Shown here one piece after another: positions 38,201 through 47,115 of a DNA stretch of 64,000 bases. The stretch comes from Verrucomicrobiota bacterium (lineage in GTDB: Bacteria; Verrucomicrobiota; Lentisphaeria; JABSQK01; JAJFLO01), in NCBI GenBank assembly GCA_021772635.1, contig JAJFLP010000075.1:750-64749 (forward strand), read 5' to 3'. Below the pieces are notes generated by a model, which was not told the DNA's origin, made no database searches, and saw only the letters and a program-made list of their open reading frames with translations. The stretch's first letter is position 1; every line of letters starts with the position of its first letter. The position numbers were made by a program, and so were the translations under genes.

Positions 38201-38930
38201 CCCCGGCTTAAAATTCGCGGGTATCGACAATCTGGAAATCAATTCGAAATTGGCCTTAACCGAGGATGAGCAAATCGTTATCCGGCTAAAGTCAGCGAAT
38301 GCCAGAAAAGAAAACGACCACTATGTGGTCCCGATAATTCTGTGCCGCGTTAAGGGCGACCTGGAAATTATTCACGCCAAAGCCAATGTCATACTAACCA
38401 GCCAGTTAACTGAAGATTCGCTGCGGCTGGATGATTCGGGGTTCAAACCTTATTCTGGCCATCCGATTCCATATGACGGTACAACCCTGTTTCATGGCAA
38501 ACATTTCTTCGGAATTAAAGCAATTGAGCGCCTTGACGAGAACGGCTTCACCGCGAGATGTGGTGTGGCTCCTGCGCCGGCGAAGTGGATAACGAGTCCG
38601 CTACGTAACCGGTGGCTAGCCGATCCGCTGGTTTTAGATTGTGCATTTCAACTTATGATCGTTTGGGCTGTGGAGACGCAGGGAATACCATCCCTTCCGC
38701 TCTCGGTTAAATCTTATCGTCAGTTCACTAATAAATTTCCGGCTGACGGTTGTCGAATTACAGCAGCGATCACCGGAATCGACGGACCGAAAGCTACGGC
38801 TGAAATAGAGATCAGCGACAGTGATGGAATGTTAGTCGCACGTATTGAGGGTTACACCTGCATTCTCGACCCATCTTTGGCTGACGCTTTTCGGCAGAAC
38901 ACACTTACCCCCCTCCCCTGCGGAACTTAA
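32229..38930 (+). CDS. pfaA: PfaA-type iterative PKS: KS-AT-ACPx3-KR-DH
   Basis: DAACASS, EAHGTGT, GHTK; GHSYG; three LDADLGIDSIKRVEIL; SGGARGVTA and YAAAN; HIFGGEAVLP and DCAFQ. Confidence 0.95.
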   Translation: MTESDSETIVKKKMIRPTPIAIVGMGCMFPKANDPEVYWANINNCVDGITGIPETHWRPEDYYNADPAARDQTYAKRGGFIEPIQFNPMEYGISPRDLEAIDTTQLLGLVVAKQALKDAGYDEDSDFDRSRTSVILGVTGALELVVTLSARLGHPNWRNALKDAGVDPQLAADVMARISDSYVDWQENSFPGLLGNVVAGRIANRLNLGGTNCVVDAACASSLTAMHLASLELSSGRNDIVVTGGMDTFNDIFMYMCFSKTPALSPTGDSKPFDHEADGTILGEGIGVVVLKRLEDAQRDNDRIYSVIRGVGSSSDGKGDAVYAPSSEGQTRALRQAYELADISPDTIELVEAHGTGTKVGDAIEARALSDLYRESGRADTWCALGSVKSQIGHTKAAAGIAGLIKASLALYHKVLPPTMKVTRPLEVVQGNGSPFYLNTTKRPWMPSIEHPRRAGVSSFGFGGSNFHCVLEEADDRKPCVDWDGEIQLLVFTGDSRAEISGKLDNWLGYDEPWRAFRHKAAESRRAYDGDDNCRLIFVVQKGASNLAKSIGQAKKILDDNSSGEHWSTPDGVYFGTGVSDGQIGVLFPGQGSQYVGMFRDLACHFPQMQEALAAANAVFSEHEAAQSGKRLTDIIFPFPEFDDDEITKNESALRDTRVAQPAIGAVCMGLFSILQDFGLKPHTVAGHSYGELPALCASGRFGATTLHALSNLRGQLMAAKHSYKGTMLAVKASGDQVLKLIKSAGLDLVVANKNGPEQIVLSGAEKVIDKAAGLFSQMGIGHKLLKVSSAFHSAWVSHAREPFSDALQKIKFSAAKIPVYANSTAQPYPNRASQIRELLAGQLARPVEFMDQITNMYGAGVRTFVEVGPGYGLTGLVSSILKGKDFTAFATDSSAGKRSGFVDLGRTLAHLASLGIPVQLDKWDNIALPDDIGTKPGFAVSLCGANYVNKASQAKEEPFAKSSAAALMLTADPTRQSASEIADRQTSNPNSNEINRPRVKTPSNPAPSPTVPDGVPALATSGAATMASSDALRITQQNMLALQKLQTETAKLHQQFLNGQEHAHENMRVLIQQQQQILSGSYSFTESPRVNVPDIPMSLEMPANSEAAKPSHDPTNAVSDTEAVSPRSEKHDVILTENSAQAGYIEKVLLEIVADKTGYPEDILNLEMNLDADLGIDSIKRVEILSALQERMPELPPIGAEQLGSIQTLEQIVEFLQVPKTADAASELAHLESSGPAQDLIASTLLEVVADKTGYPLDILTLDMGLDADLGIDSIKRVEILSALQERLPGTPGLGPEHLGQIQTLAQIIEFLQVAPTPVTTDNNAVSSQPSSAREKIAATLLEVVADKTGYPLDILTLEMGLDADLGIDSIKRVEILSALQEQLLDTPSIGPEHLGQLQSLEEIVDYLSAKNGDSSTDAPTSPPVKAEGPVRSLQSTLDDSAIDRHIIVTEKLEIDSNRQRFQLSAGARIMITDDGAGLAKKLFKELRSEGYDPEIIGIGIAKDIKPPPYLDGLVILTPLSGAGNNGYLNAAFSLIKRFGPALRASGQSGGALLATVSRLDGAFGLHKSFSKSDPISGGLAGLSKTLLHEWPEVHCKAIDLDSSIRMTEKLVKSIVEEIFTAGPVEVGISSKGRVTLSLLKKPLNGKASGLKISSDDVILVSGGARGVTAETALSIANAWQASLLLVGRSPEPSPEPDWLVPLADEASIKKALLGQSETKITPKEINVKFHSLMANREILRNLKRIEAAGSRVVYRSLDIRDRKAVQSMVEEVTKTIGEITGLVHGAGVIADKRIEDKTEEQFNLVYSTKVEGQLSLLAALEQKDIKFMVFFSSSTGRFGRTGQIDYAAANEVLNKLAQQEARNRPGCRILSLNWGPWAGGMVTPALKGVFEREGVGLIPLKAGSDYMVKELLSASSEMPVEVVVVAAGSRIQSTSNSPAAISSAYKLVVEENLSLTSHTYLASHIFGGEAVLPMSIMIEWLAHSAMHGNPGLKFAGIDNLEINSKLALTEDEQIVIRLKSANARKENDHYVVPIILCRVKGDLEIIHAKANVILTSQLTEDSLRLDDSGFKPYSGHPIPYDGTTLFHGKHFFGIKAIERLDENGFTARCGVAPAPAKWITSPLRNRWLADPLVLDCAFQLMIVWAVETQGIPSLPLSVKSYRQFTNKFPADGCRITAAITGIDGPKATAEIEISDSDGMLVARIEGYTCILDPSLADAFRQNTLTPLPCGT

Positions 38931-38942
38931 AAAGATCAAAGT

Positions 38943-39034
38943 GATACCGCAAGCGGTACAATTTTTGGCCGACTTCAAACTATCACGCACGAGATGTCGA
39001 ACGATATTTCGAAAACCCGAAGGCGTTTGGTATA
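38943..39034 (-). mobile_element. 92-bp family A element between pfaA and pfaBC
   Basis: Reverse complement tataccaaacgccttcgggttttcgaaatatcg...aaaattgTACCGCTTGCGGTAtc. Confidence 0.75.
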
Positions 39035-39151
39035 ATATCGATAGTTTCTTGCAACATATAAATCCTGCTGTATACCCGTAAGCAGGCGCGCCAGGTGGTT
39101 CCCTTCTGAATAAGAACACCGACACACACACAACTTCAGGCATCTAAATAA

Positions 39152-42100
39152 ATGAATATTGACGAATCCATTGCTATCGTCGGAATCGGCGGGACGTTCC
39201 CGGACGCACCCACCCTTGATCGTTTTTGGGATCACATCGTCAGTGGACGTGACGTTTGTCGTGATGTGCCGAAAAATAGATGGAGTTGCGATCCTCAAGA
39301 CGTATATGATCCGACTGGTCCGCTGCCAGATAAAGTTTATTGTAAACGCGGGTGTTTTATAGAGGATTTTCGTTTCGACCTGTCCGGACTTGATGTCGAC
39401 CAGGACTGGCTTGAGCGCCTCGATCCGATGTATCATTTTATCCTGGATGCAGGTAAACAAGCGTTCAATGATGCCGTCATGTCCAGATTGGACCACTCAC
39501 GTGTAGGAGTAATAATTGGCAATATCGCATTGCCAACCCAGAAGTCTTCCGAAATAGCGGGTGATATTCTTGGACGGACATTCGCCGAAAAAGTATCTTT
39601 GGCACAAGGGGGGAATGGTTCGACTGATACCGCTGCGATCAATCGTTATGTCACCGGTCTTCCCGCCGGGTTGTTGGCGCGCGCATTGAATCTTCAAGGT
39701 GGCAACTTCACTCTGGATGCTGCCTGTGCATCATCGTTGTACGCTCTAAAACTCGCGGCTGACGAATTGAGATCGGGACGACTGGACGCCGTTCTCGCCG
39801 GCGGCTTATCGCGGCCGGACTGCTTGTATACGCAAATGGGTTTCTCACAGCTAAAGGCGTTATCGGTTACTGGACGCTGCTCGCCGTTTGATGAGAAAGG
39901 CGATGGACTCATAGTCGGTGAAGGCGCCGGCATTGTCGTTCTCAAAAGACTGCCAGATGCATTAAGCGATGGGGATAGGATCTACGGTGTTATACGCGGC
40001 ATCGGGCTTTCAAATGATGTTAAAGGAAATTTACTTGCGCCGGATACTGAGGGGCAACTGCGAGCAATGCAACCGGCATACGCAAAGTCAGGATGGAAGC
40101 CATCCGACGTCGACCTGATCGAATGCCACGCTACCGGCACGCCGGTGGGCGATGCGGTAGAATTCGAGAGTCTGCGTCAACTCTGGTCGGATAGCGACTT
40201 TGATCCGGGACAATGCGTAATCGGATCGGTCAAATCGAACGTCGGACACTTGCTTACCGGCGCCGGAGCGGCCGGGTTAATAAAAGTACTGCTTGCACTG
40301 AAGAACAAGTCACTACCCGCGACCGCGAATTTTGAACAAGCCAATTCCAAAGTGGATATGGCGAACTCGCCGTTTCGCGTGCTGCGATCAAGTGAAGCAT
40401 GGGAAGAGCCTGCGGGCGGACGTCCTCGGCGGGCGGCTGTGAGCGGCTTCGGGTTTGGCGGAATAAACGCCCATGTCCTTATCGAAGAATGGCCGCCGCA
40501 CTCACCCACTCGAAAACCCAAGCGCGCTAAATCCGGAGCACAAACCTCTAAAGCTGACATCGCAATAGTTGGGATGGACGCGTACGTCGGCCCGTGGACC
40601 AACCTTGACCTATTCCGGGACCGGGTATTAGGAGGAGGCACCGGAGAACCCTCTGCAAAAGATCGTGCTTGGTGGGGATCGGCAGATAGTAAATGGTTCA
40701 GGAATAAAGGGCTGACGCGCGAGAGTCTAAAAGGCTATTTTATCGACAACTTTGAAATGCCGCTGCGCCAGTTTCGAATACCTCCTAAGGAACTGGAGCA
40801 AATGCTGCCGCAGCAGCTTCTTATGCTCCTTGTAGCCTTGCGCGCACTCGAAGACGCTGCGTACGATAAAGAAGGCGGACTACGGGCTAGCGTTTACATC
40901 GGCCTCGGCCTCGACTTATCTACTACCAATTATCACTTCCGCTGGTCCCTCATCAATAAAGCCCGAGAATGGGCCGATGCCAATGGTGGCAGATTAAACG
41001 CAAAGGTCGAAGCAGAATGGATTCGTGGCCTACGGGATTCAGCCGGCCCACCACTCTCCGCCGATCGGACCATGGGCGCGTTAGGAGGGATCGTTGCGAG
41101 TAGGATCGCCAGAGAGTTTCACTTCGGAGGGCCATGTCATACGATCTCATCGGAAGAAAGCTCGGGAATACGAGCCCTCGAGATCGCGGTTAGAGGATTA
41201 CAGAACTCTGAAATTGACCAGGCCTTGGTTGGCGCGGTTGATTTCGCGGGGGATATTCGATCGCTAATCGCAACCCATGAGGATCGGCCATTTTCGGCTG
41301 AAGGGGTTATTCGTCCGTTCGACATCCATTCGGATGGGACGATCCCGGGGGAAGGCGCGGTAGCATTGGTTCTAAAACGGGTCGAGGATGCCCGGCGAGA
41401 TGGCAATAAAATTTACGCGATAGTAAAAGGTATCGGTGCTGCGAGCGGCGGGCGTCCGAATGCCGTTATCCCAACAACTGAATCTTACTTACAAGCACTG
41501 GAGCGCGCTTATGCAGATGCTAATCTGGAGCCGTCACGGGTACAGTACATCGAGACTCACGGTAGTTCCGATCCTCAAGAAGACCGTATGGAAGCCGAAG
41601 CGCTGGCTGTATTCTTCCAGAACAACAACAAATCCGAGGCCGGACCGCGATATCTAGGCAGTGTGAAGGCCGACATCGGTCACACAGGAGCTGCTTCAGG
41701 ATTAGCATCAGTTGTGAAGGCCGCTGTCTGCCTCGACGCAACCGTGCTGCCGCCGATTAGAAACCTGACTAATTATCGGGACGAATTGGACGCCAGTGCC
41801 TTTAATCGCAATACTGCCCCGTCTCATTGGTTAAGAAATCGTATTGCCGGTCCCCGACGCGCCGGAATAAGCTCCTTCAGCGTCGATGGAACCTGCGCGC
41901 ATGTCGTATTGGAAGCCTGCGCACAATCAGATACTCGCTCTAATTTCTCCGCCGCGGGTCCCAAACCAATCTCAGTTGATAGAATTTTTGTCGTCGAAGG
42001 AGACGATACGGAATCGATTATCAAAGGGATAAATTCACTCCGCAAGGATCTGATAGTATCTCAAAATCGTGACTTTGGAGAACTTGCAGAGCACTGGTTC

Positions 42101-45100
42101 AACAGTACTGGAATGCGCCCCCGGGAAAAGCTCGGATTAGCCATCGTTTCGAGCGATATTTCTGAGACTATCGAGCTTCTGGATAAAACCAGAGTCAGCC
42201 TCGAAAAAGAGATTCCCGGCCAGGGTCTCCCCGAGCGGGTCTATTTCAATCCCAGTCCGCTGGGGAATACCGGAAAACTAGCTTTCGTCTTTCCGGGTTC
42301 CGGCACGTTCTTTCCCGAAATGGGTCGTGATTTGGCTCTAATGTGGCCGGAAGTCATGGAAGCGCTCGACAAGGACTGCAAACATCTTGCGGACCAATTC
42401 CCGGTCGTTCCGGCAGCCGACAGTAGTGTAGATGTAAAAGCGATGATTCTCGCCCAGGTATCACTCGGGTCATTAGTGACCGAGATTCTTGCCCAACATG
42501 GCGTAACCCCGGATGCAGCGATTGGCTATAGTCTTGGCGAGTCGGCAGCGATGTTCGCGCTTCGTGCGTGGACTGAACGGGACGAAGTGTTGGCTCGCCT
42601 AAACGAATCGACCCTGTTCACCGACGATTTAGCGGGAAATTATAACGCGGCACGAGAAACCTGGAAGTCCCGGAATAAACGAGGTATTTCATGGACTGTC
42701 GCTGTCGTCGACCGTTCCGCAGCCGCAATCAAAGAGGCACTAAACGCAACACCTCGTGTTTATCTGCTAATTATTAACACCCAGGAACAATGTGTAATTG
42801 GCGGTGATGACCATGCGGTAAGAACCTTCGTTAAGTCACTGAATTGTCACTTTACCCCAGTATCTGGCGTACCGTCGGTGCATTGTGAAGTTGTCAAGGT
42901 TGTCGAACAGGAATATCGGAACCTGCATCTCCTCAAGACAACCCCACCTTTGGGCGTTAAATTCTACGGTGCCGCGGTAACGACGGGTTACGTACCAACT
43001 CGCGAGAAGGTCGCGGACGCCATCGTCAATCAGGCGCTTTCAACGATCGATTTTCCATCAATGATTCAGTCCGCGTATGACGACGGGGTCAGAGTTTTTC
43101 TCGAGATCGGCCCGGGTCAATCCTGCAGTCGGATGATCTCCCGTATTTTGGGAGACAATGCGCACCTTGCATTTTCAGTGTGTGCTCCGGGAAAAGATAA
43201 CGTTTCCTTCATGCTCCAGGGACTTGGTCAGCTTATCGCCGAGAGAGTAAAAGTTGACTTATCCCCTTATTATCGAAAATTTTCGAACAGTACTGACGCT
43301 GTTGTCGCTCAGGTGAAAGTCCCGGCCCCGTCTATTAAAATACATACAGACGGGCCAGCATTCACCCCGCCACCTTTTCCCAATAGCAACGGCCAAGCGG
43401 TTCCAGACACGTTGATACCGACTTTACCCAGTCCGGCCCTTACCAGTGCCGGGGCACCTTTCAATATAGAACCGATTATCGCAGAGATGGCTGTCGCACA
43501 ACAAGCCAAGGCAGTAGCGCACGAGACATTCTTGCGCGTGTCCCGACAACTTTCCGATACACTTGCCGAAAATTTAAGCTTCCAAATGCAATTGGCAGAG
43601 CGTGCTACTCGATCAGGAGGAAGTGCGGTTGTTGACTCGGAGGTCACCTCATCTCCTGAGGCTGCCACGATAAAACGGGCTCTTGAGCCCCCCGCCTTCC
43701 CACGCGAACAATGCATGGAGCTTGCGATTGGCTCTCTTGGTGCGGTTCTCGGCCCCGAATTTGCGGAAATCGACCAGCACCCCACCCGCGTCCGCCTTCC
43801 AGGCGAACCGTTAATGCTCGTCGATAGAATTCTTGAAGTAGAGGGAACGCCTAAATCTATGACCTCAGGCCGGGTCGTAACGGAACATGACGTTCACCCG
43901 GGCGCATGGTATTTGGATAACGGCCGAATTCCGACATGTATCGCAGTTGAAGCGGGCCAGGCGGATTTATTCTTGTCCGGATATCTTGGCATCGATTTTG
44001 AGACAAAAGGACTGGCGGTTTATCGTCTTCTCGATGCGGACGTGACATTTCACGACGCCTTGCCGCAACCAGGCACCACTATTCGTTATGAAATCCGGAT
44101 CGACCACTTTTTCCGTCAAGGAGATACATATCTATTTCGCTTCAACTACGATGGAACGGTAAACGGCAAACAACTTATCACGATGCGGAACGGATGCGCG
44201 GGGTTTTTCACCGAGGCCGAACTGGCAGCAGGTCAGGGTATAGTTCAATCGAAGATCGACGAGAACCCTAAGAAACGTTCTCTCCCGACCGACTGGGTTG
44301 AACTTGTGCCACTGGAAACGACGATTTATAGCGACGAGCAGATTAATGCCCTCCGTAAAGGAGATCTTAAAGGATGTTTCGGATCGCTATTCGAGGGACT
44401 CCCGCTTACCGATCCTTTGACACTTCCCGAGGGACGAATGCAGTTGGTTGATCGCGTCCTGGAGCTGATACCGAACGGCGGGGACTTTGGCCTCGGCCTA
44501 ATTCGGGCGGAAGCTGATATCCACCCGGATGACTGGTTTTTAACCTGCCATTTTGTCGATGACATGGTCATGCCGGGGACGTTGATGTACGAATGCTGTT
44601 GCCATACTCTGCGAATCTTTTTGATGCGCTTAGGCTGGGTTTCCGATAAAAAAGACGGCGTATGGGAGCCGATTCCTGGCGTCATGAGTCGACTAAAATG
44701 CCGTGGACAGGTGAAACAGACGACAAAAAAAGTTGTGTACGAGATAATGGTAAAGGAACTCGGTTACCGACCAGCTCCGTACGCAATCGCTGACGCTTAT
44801 ATGTACAGCGACGGTAAGCGCATCGTTAAAATTTCAGATATGTGCTGTCAACTGACTGGTTTGACTAAGGATTATTTCACCCAACTATGGAATGGTCAAT
44901 CTACCTCTTCCGCCAAAAACATGGCGACTGCGCCACTGTACAGCTGTGATCAAATTTTAGAATTCGCGGTGGGTTCACCGTCTAAGGCGTTTGGCAACAG
45001 GTACAAGGTATTCGATAAAGATCGATTCATCGCGCGACTCCCGGGTCCACCATATCAGTTTTTACACCGGGTTACGAGGGTTGACGCCGAACCTTGGGTA

Positions 45101-46009
45101 ATCAAGGCAGGCGGCGTTATTGATTGCGAATTCGATGTCTCACCCGATGACTGGTACTTCACAGAAAATCAAGGCAGAATGCCATTCGCCATACTTCTTG
45201 AGGTCGCCCTGCAAACCTGTGGATGGTTTTCTGCGTATATGGGATCAGCGCTGGCAAGTGAAAAAAAGCTGCACTATCGAAACCTGGGTGGTGACGCGAC
45301 GCAGTATATGCCGGTAACGCCGGATATCGGGACACTCACGACGGCGACCAAGGTTACTGCAGTCGCCGACTCCGGAGGCATGCTTATACAGCATTTTGAA
45401 TTTGATATGCGCAGCGAAAGCGGCCGGGTCTACGCTGGAACAAGTTACTTCGGATTCTTCTCGGAATCTGCCCTCGCCGACCAACTCGGAGTACGTGATG
45501 CAAAGCGATACTCGCCAAGCGACGCGGAACTCGCACGTTCAACGTCATTCCCTTATCCGACGGGCGATCCCTATCCGTTGGATAAAATGCGGATGGTTGA
45601 TGAGATTACCGAATACATTGCGGACGGAGGCCCCGAGAAGCTCGGTTATATTCGAGGCAAAGCTTTGGTTAACGAGGATGCCTGGTTCTTCAAGGCCCAC
45701 TTCTATCAGGACCCTGTCTGGCCGGGTTCGTTGGGTTTGGAATCTATGTTGCAGCTGCTGCAGGTGTTCGCAACGAAACGCTGGGGAGGGGAAAAGGAAG
45801 TCAAACTGGAAACAATCGCCTGCGGCGAACCGCATCAGTGGATATACCGCGGTCAGATTTTACCGACGAACAAAGAAGTAACGGTCGATGCCGTAATTAC
45901 ACACGTGGACGATCAAAATAAAACCCTTCGGGCCGACGGTTTCCTGTCGCGTGATGGCCTAATTATATACGAGATAAAAAATTTAACATTAAAAGCCGAT
46001 ATATCTTAG
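39152..46009 (+). CDS. pfaBC: Fused PfaB/C: KS-CLF-AT-(DH'-DH)x2
   Basis: DAACASS/ECHATGT; CLF with SSEESS in place of the active Cys; GYSLG; CHFVDDMVMPG and AHFYQDPVWPG FabA-like DHs. Confidence 0.93.
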   Translation: MNIDESIAIVGIGGTFPDAPTLDRFWDHIVSGRDVCRDVPKNRWSCDPQDVYDPTGPLPDKVYCKRGCFIEDFRFDLSGLDVDQDWLERLDPMYHFILDAGKQAFNDAVMSRLDHSRVGVIIGNIALPTQKSSEIAGDILGRTFAEKVSLAQGGNGSTDTAAINRYVTGLPAGLLARALNLQGGNFTLDAACASSLYALKLAADELRSGRLDAVLAGGLSRPDCLYTQMGFSQLKALSVTGRCSPFDEKGDGLIVGEGAGIVVLKRLPDALSDGDRIYGVIRGIGLSNDVKGNLLAPDTEGQLRAMQPAYAKSGWKPSDVDLIECHATGTPVGDAVEFESLRQLWSDSDFDPGQCVIGSVKSNVGHLLTGAGAAGLIKVLLALKNKSLPATANFEQANSKVDMANSPFRVLRSSEAWEEPAGGRPRRAAVSGFGFGGINAHVLIEEWPPHSPTRKPKRAKSGAQTSKADIAIVGMDAYVGPWTNLDLFRDRVLGGGTGEPSAKDRAWWGSADSKWFRNKGLTRESLKGYFIDNFEMPLRQFRIPPKELEQMLPQQLLMLLVALRALEDAAYDKEGGLRASVYIGLGLDLSTTNYHFRWSLINKAREWADANGGRLNAKVEAEWIRGLRDSAGPPLSADRTMGALGGIVASRIAREFHFGGPCHTISSEESSGIRALEIAVRGLQNSEIDQALVGAVDFAGDIRSLIATHEDRPFSAEGVIRPFDIHSDGTIPGEGAVALVLKRVEDARRDGNKIYAIVKGIGAASGGRPNAVIPTTESYLQALERAYADANLEPSRVQYIETHGSSDPQEDRMEAEALAVFFQNNNKSEAGPRYLGSVKADIGHTGAASGLASVVKAAVCLDATVLPPIRNLTNYRDELDASAFNRNTAPSHWLRNRIAGPRRAGISSFSVDGTCAHVVLEACAQSDTRSNFSAAGPKPISVDRIFVVEGDDTESIIKGINSLRKDLIVSQNRDFGELAEHWFNSTGMRPREKLGLAIVSSDISETIELLDKTRVSLEKEIPGQGLPERVYFNPSPLGNTGKLAFVFPGSGTFFPEMGRDLALMWPEVMEALDKDCKHLADQFPVVPAADSSVDVKAMILAQVSLGSLVTEILAQHGVTPDAAIGYSLGESAAMFALRAWTERDEVLARLNESTLFTDDLAGNYNAARETWKSRNKRGISWTVAVVDRSAAAIKEALNATPRVYLLIINTQEQCVIGGDDHAVRTFVKSLNCHFTPVSGVPSVHCEVVKVVEQEYRNLHLLKTTPPLGVKFYGAAVTTGYVPTREKVADAIVNQALSTIDFPSMIQSAYDDGVRVFLEIGPGQSCSRMISRILGDNAHLAFSVCAPGKDNVSFMLQGLGQLIAERVKVDLSPYYRKFSNSTDAVVAQVKVPAPSIKIHTDGPAFTPPPFPNSNGQAVPDTLIPTLPSPALTSAGAPFNIEPIIAEMAVAQQAKAVAHETFLRVSRQLSDTLAENLSFQMQLAERATRSGGSAVVDSEVTSSPEAATIKRALEPPAFPREQCMELAIGSLGAVLGPEFAEIDQHPTRVRLPGEPLMLVDRILEVEGTPKSMTSGRVVTEHDVHPGAWYLDNGRIPTCIAVEAGQADLFLSGYLGIDFETKGLAVYRLLDADVTFHDALPQPGTTIRYEIRIDHFFRQGDTYLFRFNYDGTVNGKQLITMRNGCAGFFTEAELAAGQGIVQSKIDENPKKRSLPTDWVELVPLETTIYSDEQINALRKGDLKGCFGSLFEGLPLTDPLTLPEGRMQLVDRVLELIPNGGDFGLGLIRAEADIHPDDWFLTCHFVDDMVMPGTLMYECCCHTLRIFLMRLGWVSDKKDGVWEPIPGVMSRLKCRGQVKQTTKKVVYEIMVKELGYRPAPYAIADAYMYSDGKRIVKISDMCCQLTGLTKDYFTQLWNGQSTSSAKNMATAPLYSCDQILEFAVGSPSKAFGNRYKVFDKDRFIARLPGPPYQFLHRVTRVDAEPWVIKAGGVIDCEFDVSPDDWYFTENQGRMPFAILLEVALQTCGWFSAYMGSALASEKKLHYRNLGGDATQYMPVTPDIGTLTTATKVTAVADSGGMLIQHFEFDMRSESGRVYAGTSYFGFFSESALADQLGVRDAKRYSPSDAELARSTSFPYPTGDPYPLDKMRMVDEITEYIADGGPEKLGYIRGKALVNEDAWFFKAHFYQDPVWPGSLGLESMLQLLQVFATKRWGGEKEVKLETIACGEPHQWIYRGQILPTNKEVTVDAVITHVDDQNKTLRADGFLSRDGLIIYEIKNLTLKADIS

Positions 46010-46147
46010 CTCGGAAACCTTAGTGCCCGATCAAATAAATAGCGATTAGTTTCGACAAAGCGGTTGTAATTAGCACGATTATAGGTTACATTCAACCCAG
46101 TACCAGCGTCCTTTTTTCTACAACTAAGCGGAACCCGGAGAATAACA

Positions 46148-46909
46148 ATGATAGCTAAAAGCGTAAAAATAGTCATAATGTTCCTTGTCATCGGCAGCTT
46201 ATCCTCGTCTGCTAACGCCGCGAACTTTGCTTTCAATTTTGTCAATACAGTGCAGCAGCAAAACAATGCGGGGGACTCTCTTGATCCGATTACAACCGCC
46301 ACCCTTAACTGGTCAACAGACTTGGAGCAGTATAATACTGACGGTGGTACGGGCACAACAAATATAGTCTCACCGGCTGGCGCTGTAAGCTATCCCATAG
46401 GGCCAGCTTATCCAAATCCAATCACCCACGCAAACGTTGATCTTACTAAAAAAGCTGTCCACGGAAAGTTTACCTTCGACGCTACCGCGGCGAATAAGGA
46501 TTCAACGACCGTTGAGTTTTTTATTTCCGATCCGTACAAAGCGGGCGGGCACCAGCTCTTCGTCGCAACCCAACTTGATAATCCGTCGTCAGGGATTATA
46601 CAGGTTGTCGATATCTCAGGCAACGTCTTTTTCTATCCCGGAAGTGCCGGGGTCGGGGTGTTTAACACCGACCCGGGTGCCTTTGCCCCTAAGCATCAAC
46701 TATCCTCAGATAGCGGTAACGTGGTCTGGCTCGCCTTGCCAGGTGCAATAACACTTTCGTCGTCGCAGGTAACATTGCTTGCACAGGTTGGGAATATTCC
46801 GGAGCCAAGAAACGTTCTTCTTTTTACGACCTTTCTGGGGGTCGCAGTGATGCTTCACAGAAAGAAACGTCAGGGATCTGTCCTCGTCGAAGAAGAAATA
46901 GCTGCATAA
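46148..46909 (+). CDS. PEP-CTERM sorting-domain surface protein
   Basis: Signal peptide; C-terminal IPEP + TM + HRKKR. Confidence 0.9.
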   Translation: MIAKSVKIVIMFLVIGSLSSSANAANFAFNFVNTVQQQNNAGDSLDPITTATLNWSTDLEQYNTDGGTGTTNIVSPAGAVSYPIGPAYPNPITHANVDLTKKAVHGKFTFDATAANKDSTTVEFFISDPYKAGGHQLFVATQLDNPSSGIIQVVDISGNVFFYPGSAGVGVFNTDPGAFAPKHQLSSDSGNVVWLALPGAITLSSSQVTLLAQVGNIPEPRNVLLFTTFLGVAVMLHRKKRQGSVLVEEEIAA

Positions 46910-46946
46910 ACTCAGTTGTTACGATATTTTTTTTCTTACTAACCGG

Positions 46947-46983
46947 CGCGCTTAAGAGATTTACTTCTCTTAAGCGCGTTTTT
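46947..46983 (+). terminator. Rho-independent terminator
   Basis: 13-bp stem cgcgcttaagaga/tctcttaagcgcg followed by TTTTT. Confidence 0.85.
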
Positions 46984-47115
46984 GCTGTTCAGCCTCTCCG
47001 CAGTGACTCTCGATCCTGCATCAACGCCCGTCTCCGACCCCAAACGACACATTGACTAGATCGGCGAGTAGAGCCGAATATTTTCAAATCTTAACCGTCG
47101 ACCGTATAAATATTC

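Noticed and set aside
32244-45881. Many short antisense or out-of-frame ORFs inside pfa and other long genes
   Set aside because: They are shadows of long, motif-rich coding regions and have no recognisable domains
46050-46100. Sigma-54 promoter upstream of the PEP-CTERM gene
   Set aside because: tagcacgattatagg lacks a proper GG -24 and TTGC -12
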